Assembly (NCBI GenBank): GCA_965240325.2
Contig: OZ251225.1
Span: forward strand, 558,001-622,000
Source: Rebecca billardiae RCC1528
Taxonomy: Eukaryota > Protista > Haptophyta
Direction: 5' to 3'
Length of the DNA: 64,000 nucleotides
Shown here: positions 46,691 to 59,399 of the stretch, in pieces
Position numbering within the stretch: the first letter of the stretch is position 1
Layout: each line of letters starts with the position of its first letter
Translations under genes and position numbers: made by a program
The notes under the pieces: generated by a model
The model's database searches: none
What the model was told of the DNA's origin: nothing
Seen by the model: only the letters and a program-made list of their open reading frames with translations

Positions 46691-48838
46691 ATGCGTGCGT
46701 GCCTTCTGCTGGCGGCCCTCGCGTGCGCGGTCGGCGTCACGCGGCCGATGCGCACTCGACCGCTCTTCGCACGAGCCGCCATGCGCGCGCTCGCGCCGCC
46801 GTACCGCCGCGCGGCGCGCCGGCCGGGCCTCGGCGGCCCAGAGCGCGAGCGGCTGCTGGCGCTCGCGGCGGCGATGACGGAGGCGGAGCCGGCGCCGAGC
46901 GCGTCCGTCGGCGCGGGCCTGGCGCAGCCCGCGCGCCCCGCTCGCGAGGGCCGCGCGCGCCGGCTGAGCGACCTGCTCATCCTCGCGCGCGTGAAGGAGT
47001 CGCTCGCCGCTTCGCAGTTTGCGCTCCGGCTCGCAGCCGACTTTGCGCACGACCCGTCGGCGCTGCGCGACATCGACTTTGCCGGGCTGGCGCGGGCGCT
47101 GGAGCGCGAGCGTGCCGTCATCGTCGCCGAGCTCTCGGGCCGCGTGCTCGCCTCGCACGAGCTCGACTCGCTCGTGGGGCGCATCGACGCGGACGCGCGC
47201 GCGCTCGCAGTCGCCGCAGACGGCCAGCTGCCGCGCGCCGAGGACGTGGAGCAGCAGAAGCCGCTGAGGCTGCCGCTCTCGCGGCTGCACGTGCCGCTCA
47301 CGCTCGAGGTGTCCGCCGCCACGGGCGCCGAGCTCGGCGGCGTCGCGCTCGGCAACGCCAGCGCGCTGCGCTCCGCGCTGCGCGCGCGCGCGATCGCGGA
47401 CGGCCACAGCGATGCGCACGCGGACTCCTTGTCCTCCCTCTCAGCGGCGCTCGAGGGCCCGCGGACGGACGGCGAGCAGTTGACCGCGTTCGTGCGCGGG
47501 CTGTGGTCGCGGCTGAACGGGCGCAGCCCCGACCGGCTGCAGCTGCAGCTCGAGGCCGACGCCAACGCCCTCACCCGCCTCGGCCGCGAGATGGCGACCC
47601 TGCGCGCAGAGCTGGCTGGCACGGCCGCGCGCACGGAGGTGCGCGCGCGCGCGGCCGTCGCGCGCGCGGGGCGCAGCCGCCGCAGCGAGCCGCGCGGCGT
47701 GCGCGCGGCGGCGGCCTGAGCGCGTGCGCGCCCTCCTCCTGCCCCCGCGCCGCGCCCTCCCCGCCCCCAACCCTCGCGCGCGCGGCGTGTGCAGGCGGTG
47801 GCGCAGCTGATGGCGCGGCAGGGCATGCGGCCGCTGCCGACAGCGCCGCTGCAGCCGAGCGTGGCTGCGCTGGACGCACTGCGCGCCGAGCTCGAGCACC
47901 GCACGCTGGCGATCCACCTGGAGCGCGTGTACGCCGCGCTGGAGGGCGAGCTGCTCGCCGCGCTGGGCACCACCGCCACCGACGCCGACGCCGACGCCGC
48001 CACCGCCGCCCACGCCCACGGCGGCGGCGGCGGGCACGGCGCGGACGCGGGCGGCCTTGTGGGCGTGCGCGCCACCGGCTTTGGGCCCTTCATCAGCCGC
48101 TTCGAGGAGTGCGACGCCGCGCTCGGCGCGCTCGAGGGCGCGCTGGAGGTGGCGCGCGAGGCGGCGGCGGCGGCGGCGGGCGGCGGCGGCGGCGGCTGCG
48201 CCGCGCGCGACGCCGCCTCCGCCCCGCCCGGCGCGGCGCAGCCCGCCGCCCTCGCCGCGGGAGCGTCCTCGCTCGCGGCCGCGACGCTGGCCGCGGACGA
48301 GTGCGCGCCGCTCACCGTGCCCGAGCGCGTGCGCGGCGCGCTGGAGGCGGCGGAGCGCGAGACGCTCTCGCTGCTCTCGACGCTCGGGCTGCCCGCCGCG
48401 GCGGCGGACGACGCGGGCGCGTCGGACGTCGGCCTCGCCGCCGTGCGCGCCTCCCTCGGCGGCTGGCTCGCGCGCGCGAGGCGCGGCCTGGCCTTCTTTG
48501 CGCGCGGGCTGCGCGTGCTGTGGCAGGACGTGGGGCTGGCGCTGCAGCTCGTGCTGCGCGCGTGCCGGGGGTACACGCTGCGCCCGCGCGAGGTGCGCGC
48601 GGTGCAGCGCACGCTGAAGGACGTGGTGATGCTCGTGCCCTTCACCGTGCTCATGCTGCTCCCGCTCTCGCCCATCGGCCACCTGCTCGTCTTCTCCTTC
48701 CTGCAGCGCACCTGCCCCGGCTTCTTCCCGAGCGCCTTCACCGAGACGCGCCAGGGCATGCTCGACATGTACGACGAGATCACGCGCAGCGCGGGGGAGA
48801 GCGAGGGGGCGGCGTGGGAAGCGGCCGGGGCCGCCTGA
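46691..48838 (+). CDS. LETM1-like domain protein, probably plastid-targeted; intron 47639-47794
   Basis: Signal peptide MRACLLLAALACAVG plus Arg-rich transit-like segment; C-terminal FFARGLRVLWQDV...GYTLRPREVRAVQRTLKDVVMLVPF...LPLSPIGH...FFPSAF typical of algal/plant LETM1-like proteins. Confidence 0.8.
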
Positions 48839-49139
48839 GCCGCGCGCTTAGCACAAACGGAGGCGCCGCCGATGCTGCGGCATCGGCCACTCACAAACAC
48901 CCAGTCGTGCGCGGGCACCGCCATGAGCCCCCGCGAGTCCGGTCGGGCCGGACCGTTGAACCAGTATTAGCCCAACAAGTCAACAACCCAACTTGTGACG
49001 AAGCTGACCGAAGAGGCGCAGAGCAAGGGGAGCCAGGATCCTGAGAGCAGCACGCCAGCAGAAGCGCGGGGAGGCCCCCATCGTCCGGCCCATCCGCCGT
49101 TCGGGAGCGCGCCCAGCCAGCCGCGCAGCGGCGAGGCGC

Positions 49140-50533
49140 ATGGGGAACGAGCAGAGCCTCGCTGCTGAGCAGCAGCAGGCACTTCAGGCGGGCGTGCTCG
49201 GCCTCGGCGGGCCAGCCGTTGTGGCGGACAGCGGCACCAAGAAGCGGCGCGCGTCGGGCACAACTGCCATCGACGAGCGCACGCGCAAGTGGACGCGCAA
49301 GCCGGGCGACCGGAAGCAGGTCGGTGGCGGCCGGCGGCCGTATGACGTGGGGGACGCGTCTTCCGAGGAGCCCGTCCCGCCCAACGAGCACTCGGCCGAC
49401 GAGTCCGCCGGCAACAACGCGCGCGGCCGCAACGCGGCCAAGTTCATCGAATGGGTGCGGCGCGCGCACGCGCGAGGGCACGCGCTCTCGGTGGCGCGCG
49501 GCGCGGGTCGCCCACGCGGATCCCCCGCCCGGTGCCCCGCTCGACGCGCGCGCGCCGCCGCCAGGCGCCGCACGAGGACAGCATCATCCGCGAGGGGTAC
49601 GCGCAGCACGGCGCCAAGTGGACGCTGATCGCCAAGGAACTGCCCGGCCGCACGGACAACGCGGTGCGCAACCGGTGGAAGCGGCTGGAGGAGGGCGAGA
49701 CGTGGCGGCAGAACATGGTGGGCGAGGGGGTGGACGTCTCGCAGCTGCCGCCCGACCAGGTGCCCGGGTACAAGTGCCGCAAGTGCGGCCTCCCCAAGCG
49801 CGGGCACACGTGTCCCTTCAACGCGCCGCCCGTCGGCTCGCGCGGCCGGCGCGAGCTCGGCGGCTCGGCGGGCTCGGCGGACGCGGACGCGGAGGACGGG
49901 GACGTGGACGTGGGCGCGCTGCTCGGCGGGGGCTCGGCCGGGCTGGGCGGCACGCTCCAGCCCACGCCCTCGGGGCGCGTCAGCCTCGAGCAGCTGCAGC
50001 GCATGATCGGCGACGACCCGTCCTTTGCCGCGCGCCCCGGTGAGATGGGCACCCCGGGCATGCCGCCCGCGCCCGCGCTGCAGCGCCCGCCGCCCGTGGC
50101 GACGCCGCCGGCGGAGCTCTCGCGCAACACGTCGTCGATCGAGCGGCTGCTCACGCTCTCGCGCGACTTCTCCATGTCCTTCCTCCGCTCGCTCAACGGC
50201 CAGCTCGCGCCCTCGCCGCAGAACAGGACCCACCCGCCCACGCCGCCCGCGTTTGCAGACGCGTCGGCGGCCGCGGCCGAGGCGGAGGCGGACGCGATCG
50301 CGCGCGAGCTGCAGCTCGCGGCGGCGGGCGGGCCGAGCTCGGCGCGCGGCGCGCTCTCGGCCGACACGCCGCCGCCCACGCTGCAGCGCGCCGGCTCGTC
50401 GATCGAGAAGCTCCTGAGCGTGACGCGCGAGTTCTCCATGTCCTTCCTCACCGAGGTGCTCGGCCTCAGCCCGGGGAAGAAGCAGCGCTCGAACCTCAGC
50501 GAGCGGCGCGCGGGCGGCGGCGGCGCGGCGTGA
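49140..50533 (+). CDS. Myb/SANT-domain transcription factor with CCHC zinc knuckle; intron 49455-49564
   Basis: Spliced EW|APHEDSIIREGYAQHGAKWTLIAKELPGRTDNAVRNRWKRL (Myb repeat); YKCRKCGLPKRGHTCP. Confidence 0.85.
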
Positions 50534-51719
50534 GCCGCGCGGCCGAGCGCGGCCGTGGGCGCGGCGCGGCGCGGGCGCACAGCAAGCCGCCTTCCCGCCG
50601 GCGGGCGTCGCAGCGCCCGCGCGCACCGGAGGCGTGGCCACTGGCACCGCTGTGAGCGCAGGCGCCGAGCCTGCAGCCGGACCCGTGTGACTGAGCGGCT
50701 TGGCACGCGGCCCCAGCACAACACAGCACACATGCACGCTCGCGCTGTCGTCGGGCCATCGGCCGTGCTGCGCGCCGCGGGACAACTGCGCATCGGCATC
50801 ACGCTGGGCCAGAGCCCTGCGGGCCGCTGACGGTGCTCGCGCTGCCTGCCGGCTTGCTATGCAGCCGCTTGCACGCGGATCATCGACATCGGCGGGACGG
50901 CGAGTCACTGAGAGTCTGGTGAGACTGGTGACCCGCGGGCCGCACAAGATCTAACAGTACGTCACTGCCACAATTCACGACAAGCTGCTACCACTTGTAA
51001 GGTCCATATTACCATGGCATCATGACCTATATTCCGGTATTGTGACCCGCACCGCGCCTGTGCCTGTTGCGAGCGCCCGAGTCCGAGCCGCCGCTCGACG
51101 GTCATAACTCGGCATCGAATAATCCAAACTCGTTACCGTCGGTAAGCAGTCAGCACTTATATTATTATATAATCTATGATGCTGTTATTCTGTGACTGTG
51201 ATGAGTTATTAAGATCTGAGTCACTCACGGAATATCTGGAATCGACTTTCATAACTAGCTTCAGCTTGCCCGAGACTGAATCAGAATTTGAAGACAGAAT
51301 GTCGGCGGCGTCATGTCAGCTTCGCAGTCATGTGCTGATTACTAATTCTATATGATTTAAAATTCTATATGATTTACAGACACAGGCACGAGCCACGAGG
51401 GCACAGCTCTCCTGATTCGTCTGTCGTGGTGCTGGTCGAAGCGGCTTGCAGCAGTGGCAGCGGTGCGAGCACGTTGTCGTTGACAATGTTGGTCGCCAGG
51501 GTTGATTGATGATCCGGGATGTTCATGTTCGGTCGTCGTCGACGTCAGTCGTCAGGCCCGCCAGGAAGTGCATGCCGCATGGGTACCAAATCAAAGGCGG
51601 GTGAGCATGTTGGTGTCGGCAAGGGCGTCACCTACTGGTCAGCAGCTGGTGGATGACGGATGTCGTCGCCTACTTGGTCAGTGGCTACTGGCCGGCGATC
51701 GGAAAGTTCCGGACCCGCT

Positions 51720-52594
51720 CTGGCCGATACACACCCGGCCGCTCTGCGCGTGGTGGAACCACGCTCGCAGAGCGGCCGGGGCTAACCTCAGAGATCGGGC
51801 CCGTGACGAAACATGGCAGCGCCTCGGGACGCATGGCCGGCGCTGGGGGGCGACACGCGTGGTGCTCGTTTGGCGTGGCGCGGTGTCGGACCGGTCGCGC
51901 GCTTGGAAGATGGACGCACCTTCACGTTGTTCGGGCACTCCCGCATCAGGTCTATGCACGCGCGTCTCTCTCGCCGCCCGCGCGGGGCTCGCTTTCACCC
52001 GCCGCCCTTGCACCCGCCTCACAATCGAGCCGCTGTAACTCGTTATGGGCGGGAATGGGCGGGCTCAGACGCATTCTGCGCGGTGGTCTAGTGGTATGTG
52101 AGAAGGTTGGATGCGGCCGTTTTCTTGTCGTGGCTTGTCGTCGCTCACACGCGTCCACTTGGCTACCAGTGCGCACTGCCTGTGACTGCCTGTGCGCACG
52201 CGCTCTGACATCTCGGCTGGGGAGGGATCGGCATGCCGGTGTCACGACGAGCCCGGGCACACGGAACTAATCGTCTACTCCCAAGCCGCGCGCACCTGGC
52301 TGGAAGTGGCTGGCGAGTAAGTTGGAACTGAATGCAATCATGATGGCACTCTACGCTCTGCTCAGCCTTGTCAGTGCGAGCACGACGGGAACGCCGTACG
52401 CGAGGCGAGGCGGCGCAATGAAGCGCGCCCCGATGGCGGAGAGCTCACCAACATGATCGAAGAGCCCGCCCGCACCCTCAGGCGTGGCCACGGGGCGCGC
52501 GTCCGGGACCGCCTCAGGCCCCTGAGATTCGCCCCGGCCGCTCTGCGAGCATGGGTTCCCCATGCGCAGAGCGGTAAGGGTGTGTATCGGCCAG
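51720..52594. mobile_element. 875-bp non-autonomous DNA transposon, Mutator/MULE-like (~72-bp TIRs, 9-bp TSD GGACCCGCT)
   Basis: 51720-51791 is the imperfect reverse complement of 52522-52594; ggacccgct at 51711-51719 and 52595-52603. Confidence 0.8.
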
Positions 52595-52710
52595 GGACCC
52601 GCTCGATCACGCCCGCCGGACGCCGGCCGGGGCGGCACGGTGACGCTTCGTCGACACGGCGACTGTCTCTCGAAGCTTGCCGCGAGGATCCACCGGTGGC
52701 AACAACACCG

Positions 52711-55584
52711 ATGCCTCGCACGCGCGCGTCCTCGCCCAAGGCGGGCTTCACGAGCCCAGACGCGCACGCTGCGGAGGCTGCGCCCACCACGCCCGACGAC
52801 CTGCTCGTCGTCGAGCGCGCCGCAGAGCCCGGCCTGACGTGCGCCACGTCTGGTGAGCCGATCGCTCCGGGCGAGCTGTGCGTGCGCGTGCGCGCGAGCC
52901 CGGCGCGCGTGACGCACCACAAGGTGGGCGCGTTCGCGCGGCGCTCGCTGCGGGTCGAGCGCATCACGTCGCCTTCGTCCGCGTGCCGACTCTCCGGCGC
53001 GAAGCTCGCGAAGGGCGACCCGTGCTTCTCGCTCGCGCTCGGCGGCGCGCGCAAGGGGTCGCATGCGCTCGTGTCTGCAGACGCAGGCGCAGGGCTCGTG
53101 CGGCTGGTGCTGTGCGCCGCGGATGCCAGGCCGTCTGAGCTCGCCGGTATGAGTGCACTCGTGCCCGCTGAGCGCAAGCGCATCCTCGCCGCCGCGAGTC
53201 CGGCGGCCGGGACGCGTGCCGAGCTGGCGAGCGCGCTCGACGCGGCGCTCACGGATTGTGACGCACCGCAGGGCGAGGGCGGCGCGCGTCGCACGCGCTC
53301 GCGCGCCGGCGAGAGCGCGGGCCCGGTCGAGCCGAGCCCCGAGCCGACCTCGACCACGGTCGTCGACCTCACCGCCGCCGAGGCCACCCCACGCGCCTCC
53401 GCCGCAGCCGCGCGCAAGCGCGCGCGCTCACCGGCCGCCGCGCTCGACAGCGCGGCCGACAAGACTCGAGCGACCCGCCGTGCGCCAGCCGAGCGCGGCG
53501 CGGCGCGGCCGACGAGGGCGGCGGGCTCCGCCGAGGAGGCGGAGCCGCGGGCCGAGCACACCGCCACGCCTGGCGCGAATCACGCCGCCGAGGCGGAGCA
53601 GCCTGCCGACGGGCTGAGCGCGTACGAGCGCGAGCGGCTGGCGAACATCGCGCGCAACCGCGAGATGCTCGCACGGATGGGCCTGCTCGACGCCGCCGCC
53701 GAGCTCAAGGCGGGCGCGCGCCCCGCCGCCGCGTCGGCAGAGGCGGCGGCGGCGCGTGCGCGCGGCATTGCCACCGCGCGCAAGCCCAAGGCGCAGCCGC
53801 CAGCCGAGCCGGGGCGGCGCTCGATGCGGCAGCAGGGGCGGAAGCCGGACGGGCAGTTCGCGGCGGGCGTGCTGAGCGAGGGCGCGGACGGCTCGCTCGT
53901 CGTGCTCGTCGACGGCGAGGCCGTGCGCTACAGCGCGGGCGCCGCCGCCGCCGCGGACACGGCCGCATCCGCCGCCGCGGACGCGGAGCGCGCCGCGCGC
54001 CGCCGCCGCGACCTGCCCTTCGAGTCTCGCAACGGCGGGCCGCGCTCCGACGCGCACTTCTTGCGCACGCTTGGCTCGGCGGGCGCGCTCGGCGCGCGAG
54101 AGCCGGCGCAGCCCGTCTCCGCGCTCGGCGCCGCCCGCCTCTCCCCCGCGTGCGTGGCCAAGCTCACGCCGCGCGACATCGTCCACCTCGCCTTCCAGCC
54201 CCGTGCAGACGCGCTCCTCGTGGCCGCGGCCGACAAGACGGGCGCGGTGGCGTTCTGGGATGTGGCCCGCGCCGAGGCGGCGGCGGCGGCGGAGGAGGGG
54301 GAGGAGGAGGGGGAGGAGGGCGGCGGCGCCGCCCCCGCCGCGGCGGCGGCGCCCGCGTGCGCGGAGTCCGAGGACGAGGGCGCGGAGGACGGCGTGCTGC
54401 TGCTGCAGCCGCACGCGCAGTACGTGTCCGGGCTGCGCTGGGGCGGGCACGCGCACACGCGGCTGTACAGCTGCTCGTACGAGGGGACAGTGCGCTGCCT
54501 CGACGTGGCGCACTGCGCGGGGAGCCCGGCCGCGCTCGAGCTGCTGCACCGCACGGAGGAGCACGAGCTCTCCGCCCTCGAGCTGGACGCGGCCGGGCGC
54601 ACCTGCTTCGTCGCAGACAACCATGGTGCGGGGCGGAGGCGGCGGCGGGGCGGGGCGGAGGCAAGGTGGGGCGGGGCGGGGCGGGGCGGGGGCGGAGGAG
54701 CAAGCCCGTGCGCGGCGCTGCAGCCGCGCGGCGCTGCGACGGCCCGCCGCACGCCCTAACCGCCACACGCGCCCCCGCCCTCGCGCGCGCAGGCGCCGTG
54801 ATCGTGCTCGACGTGCGCGCGGGGCCGCGCGCGCAGCAGCACGCGACGGTGCCCGGCGCCGCCGCGGACGCGCCGCAGCGCTCGGACGCGCGCGCTGCGC
54901 TCGCGCTGCACGAGCGCAAGGTGAACATGCTCAGCCTCGAGCCGGGCGCGGAGCGCGCGCTGGCGTCGTGCTCGACGGACTCGACGGTGTGCGTCTGGGA
55001 CGTGCGCGCGCTCGGCCGCGGCTGCAAGCCCGCGCACACGCTGGGGCACAGCAAGTCGTGCCAGGCGGCCGCGTTCGCGCCGGACGGCTCCGGGCGGCTG
55101 CTCACGACGTGCTATGACAACGCGCTGCGCGTGTGGAGCGCGGAGGCGGCCGCGCTCGGCGACGGGAGCGCGCACTCCTCCGCCAAGGCAAAGCCGCCGC
55201 CCCCGCCTAGGCCCACCGCGCTGACCATCCGACACAACACGAACACCGGCCGATGGATCGTGCCCTTCCGAGCCATCTGGGTGCGGGCCGGCCCCGCGCG
55301 CGTGCGAGCGCGCGCGCGCCGCACGCGCGCGCTGACGCGCGCGCGCCGTCGCGCCACGCGCGCGACCCACCCGCTGCTGGACCCGCCAGGCGCCCGCGTC
55401 AGACGGGATCATCGTTGGCGCGATGACGCGACAGATGCACCTCCTCTCGGCCGCCACGGGCAAGCTCGAGGCGGCGCTCGAGTCGGAGTACATGACGGCG
55501 ATTCCCGCGCGCAACGCGGCGCACCCCACGCTGCGCGCGCTCGCGGGCGGCACGGCCAGCGGCCGAGTGCACATCTATAAGTGA
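52711..55584 (+). CDS. WDR76: WDR76/Cmr1-like DNA-damage-binding WD40 protein with N-terminal PARP-zinc-finger-like repeats; introns 54626-54792 and 55281-55389
   Basis: LSAYERERLANIARNREMLARMGL (Cmr1 N-terminal motif); AADKTGAVAFW, HERKVNML, ASCSTDSTVCVWDVR, TTCYDNALRVW, IRHNTNTGRWIVPFRAIW, GGTASGRVHIY. Confidence 0.88.
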
Positions 55585-55902
55585 CATGCCGGCCGGCCGG
55601 AGGGCTGGCGATGCCACACCGGCAGGGCCTGATCGCCGCGGGGCGGTCGGCATTCCGCCACCCCGACGACGATCCAAGCGGCCGACGCTTCGAGCGTGGA
55701 CGCCATTGCTCAAGAGTCCAAGGCCCAAGCGCCATGCTGATGAGTCAGATGAGACGATGATTTAGTTACTATGATAGTACTTTTAATAAAAGTAATGATG
55801 ATGAGTACTTTCCAATCTACTCTACTTAATCGTGTAAAGTGGATCCGCGGCACAGATGTCCCGTTAGTTACGAAAATGCCCACAATTCGGTCTTTCCCTA
55901 TG

Positions 55903-55990
55903 AAAAGTCAGCGGATCGAAGGCTTTTACTCCGAAAGTCAGCGGATCGAGGGGTTTTACTCCGAAAGTCAGCGGATCGACCGCTTTTACC
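55903..55990 (+). repeat. 30-bp tandem repeat x3
   Basis: aaagtcagcggatcga....ttttac.ccg repeated three times. Confidence 0.9.
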
Positions 55991-56201
55991 CCGCGTACCC
56001 GCGGTTGGGACAGTCCTTGCACATATTCGCCGCGGCAGAAATACTGAATCGACGTGTGGGTGCTGTACGCGTTGTCCTTTCCTGCTCGAGTTGCCGCTAT
56101 TTAGGCCCCGCGCGGCCATGAGTATTGTCATCCAATCAATCAGGGTCCGTCGATCGATTACTTACATCGACGCGACTCAGTGAGTGAATGCACAGGCAGT
56201 A

Positions 56202-56779
56202 AGGTCTGGCGTTTGCCACTGGCGACTGCACACGGCAACAGGGGCGTTTGCGCCCTGTTGTCGTGTGCACACTGGGGCGCAAAAGGGGTCACCCTCAGGG
56301 GGTTTCGCACTGCTGTTGCCGTGTGCACCGGCCCGCTGTGGCCGTGCACACGGCAACAGGGCGCAAACGGCCCTGTTGCCGTGTGCAGGCGTGCATGGCT
56401 TGCGATGGCAGCCAGCCGTCAGCAGGGCGCCACGCCCACTGTTCGTTGGTAGGCTGGCCCGATGGCGTCGCGGAGCTCACGCGTACGGGGGAGGAGGGCA
56501 TCGACGAGGAGACGACCAAGGGCGAGAAGCAGCAGGGGGCACGCAGCACGGGGCTCGGAGCATGCCGCGAGCACGCGTGCCTCCACACCGTCGCACATCA
56601 ACCTTGCTCGTAGCTGTGCGCTGTGCTGCCACTCATCTCACCATCGCCCATGCTACGGGCGCGGCCGGGTGGTGGGCATATACCTGTCGGCGCAGCACTG
56701 GCACCGGTGGTCGCCAGACACTCCTCGACTTGCTCTGCGCGTCACAGCAAGGAGACGGCAGCGGCACAGCTGTGTGAGC
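56202..56779 (+). repeat. Left arm of long inverted repeat (partner 62228-62805)
   Basis: ~578 bp nearly identical in reverse complement; internal tgcacacggcaacag/ctgttgccgtgtgca mini inverted repeats. Confidence 0.95.
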
Positions 56780-56969
56780 TCGCAGATGAAGTGCTCCTCT
56801 GCTTTGCGAGGCTGAGAGGCTGAGCACGCGTGGCGAGCGCTGGCATTCCCCCGCATTCATGAGACCAACAGGTGCATAGCCGTGCCCAGGAGCGCAGGAC
56901 CAACCGCCGGGTGCTGCTTCAAACACCTGCGCCCCACTCTGCCGGCAGAATGAGGGGCGCTCTACTCTA

Positions 56970-58600
56970 TGCTGCACGCGGCAGCAGCAGCTGGGCCGCT
57001 GGGATGGTCCTGCACGGATGACGGCGGTCGCCGCGGCTGACAGCTTGGTGTCACTGGTTCGAAGGGCCTGGACGACGGACGCGCCGAGCGTGGTGACGCT
57101 GCTCGATGCGCCCACGGCACTGCCAAGCGCGCTGGAGCCGCTGCCTCGAGCACTACTGTGCCCGCGCCCAGCTTGGGCAGCAGCAGCTGCGCTCAACTCC
57201 ACGCCGCGTGCCGTGGCAGCAGCAGGGATGGTGCCACGGCGGCCGGCGGCGGTCGACGGAGCTGTCGGCTCGGCGGTGCACGCCCGAGGGGCCTGGGCGC
57301 TGGGCGCACCGAACGCGGTGCCGCTGCTCGCCTCGCCCATGGCGCTGGAGCCGCTGCCATCCGACGCTGCTGCGCCCGCGCCCAGCTTGGGCAGCAGCGG
57401 CTGCGCTCGACTCCGCGCCGCGTGCGGCGGCAGCAGCAGGGATGGTGCTACGGTGGGCGACGACGGTCGCTAGAGCTGAAAGCTCGGCGGTGCGCGCCCG
57501 AGGGGCGTAGGCGCTGGACGCACCGAACGCGGTGCCGCTGCTCGCCTCGCCCATGGCGCTCGAGCCGCTGCCATCCGACGCTGCTGCGCACGCGCCAAGC
57601 TTGGGCAGCAGCGGCTGCGCTCGACTCCGCGCAGAGTGCGGCGGCAGCAGCAGGGATGGTGCTACAGTGGGCGACGACGGTCGCTGGAGCTGAAAGCTCG
57701 GCGGTGCGCGCCCGAGGGGCCTGGGTGGTGGGCGCACCGAACGCGGTGCCGCTGCTCGCCTCGCCCATGGCGCTCGAGCCGCTGCCATCCGACGCTGCTG
57801 CGCACGCGCCAAGCTTGGGCAGCAGCGGCTGCGCTCGACTCCGCGCAGAGTGCGGCGGCAGCAGCAGGGATGGTGCTACGGTGGGCGACGACGGTCGCTA
57901 GAGCTGAAAGCTCGGCGGTGCGCGCCTGAGGGGCCTGGGCGCTGGGCGCACCGAACGCGGTGCCGCTGCTCGCCTCGCCCATGGCGCTGGAGCCGCTGCC
58001 ATCCGACGCTGCTGCGCCCGCGCCAAGCTTGGGCAGCAGCGGCTGCGCTCGACTCCGCGCAGAGTGCGGCGGCAGCAGCAGGGATGGTGCCACGGCGGGC
58101 GGCGGCGGTCGACGGAGCTGTCAGCTCGGTGGTGCACGTCCGAGGGGCGTAGGCGCTGGACGCACCGAACGCGGTGCCGCTGCTCGCCTCGCCCATGGCG
58201 CTGGAGCCGCTGCCATCCGACGCTGCTGCGCCCGCGCCAAGCTTGGGCAGCAGCGGCTGCGCTCGACTCCGCGCCGCGTGGGGCGGCAGCAGCAGGGATG
58301 GTGCTACGGTGGGCGACGACGGTCGCTAGAGCTGAAAGCTCGGCGGTGTGCGCCTGAGGGGCCTGGGCGGTGGGTGCATTGAGCGCGCTGACGCCTCTCG
58401 CCTCGCCCGGCGCGCTCGAGCCGCTGCCATCCGATGCTGCCGCGCCCGCGCCCTGTCGCGCCGAGTGCGGCTGCAGCATCAGGGATGGCGCCACGGCGGG
58501 CGGGCGGCGGTGCATGCAGCTAGCAGCTCGGTGCTGCACGCGCGAGGGGCCTGGGCGGCAGACGCGCGCAATGCAGTGACGCTGATGCACGCGTCAGGCG
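56970..58600 (-). repeat. Tandem array of 214-bp units (~7-8 copies)
   Basis: gggatggtgc recurs at 57225, 57439, 57653, 57867, 58081, 58295 (period 214), degenerate at both ends. Confidence 0.95.
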
Positions 58601-59399
58601 CGCTGGCCAGCCCCCGGAGCTGTTGCTACGACACTTCTTCTGTCCTGCTGCGAGCCGAGCCGCCAGCAGGTTCCGGGGCGGCGGGCAATGCCGGTCAGCT
58701 CATATTCATAAGGCCGGCGGCGCAGACCAGTCGTAGCCCGGCAGGTAGGCGATGCAGAAGTTATCAGCAGCATATCATGCATCGTCATCACTACATCAGC
58801 ATCCGCCTATAGACGAGTACTACGTAGTATAGAACTGCTCTTTATCCGACTAGCCGTTCAGAGCGCGCGCAGTATATACTCCGACTATATACCGGTCGAT
58901 GCATTATAGCCAGCCCCGGGGCGGCGGCTGTCCGACACTCTGCCGTCATGTGCGTATATAAGTGACTCTTACTCCACCTAGCGGTCTATCCGGATCGGTA
59001 CCCTGGCGGCGGTGTTGTCGTCTGTCCGCCGTCACAGCCTGACTCGCGCGCGTAGCTAGTCACTTATCAGTGATGTGATGGTCTCGTCGTCTGCGTCCGG
59101 ACCGTGTCGACGACAAGTCGTGCTGGGCCTGGCGGCTCACAGTGTAATAAGTTAGTAGTAGCTAACTCATATCAATGCAAGAGCATCAGTAGTGAGCAGC
59201 AGCAGTAGCAGCTCGACTGCTGGCGTCATCACCGTGCTACACTCCGGCGCGACACGGTCACGGTCAGCTGGTCAGCATCAGTCCGTATACTTACGCCGGG
59301 ACCGTAGTACTGTAGTTGAGTACGTAGTATACGTAGTTTTAACGACGCGACCGGTCGGCGCGCGTGCCAAGCAGCACTCAGCACCGCCCGACCACCGCC

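Noticed and set aside
55903-55990. CRISPR-like short repeats (also the 24-bp repeats at 38915-39010)
   Set aside because: Head-to-tail repeats without unique spacers, no cas genes, eukaryotic context.
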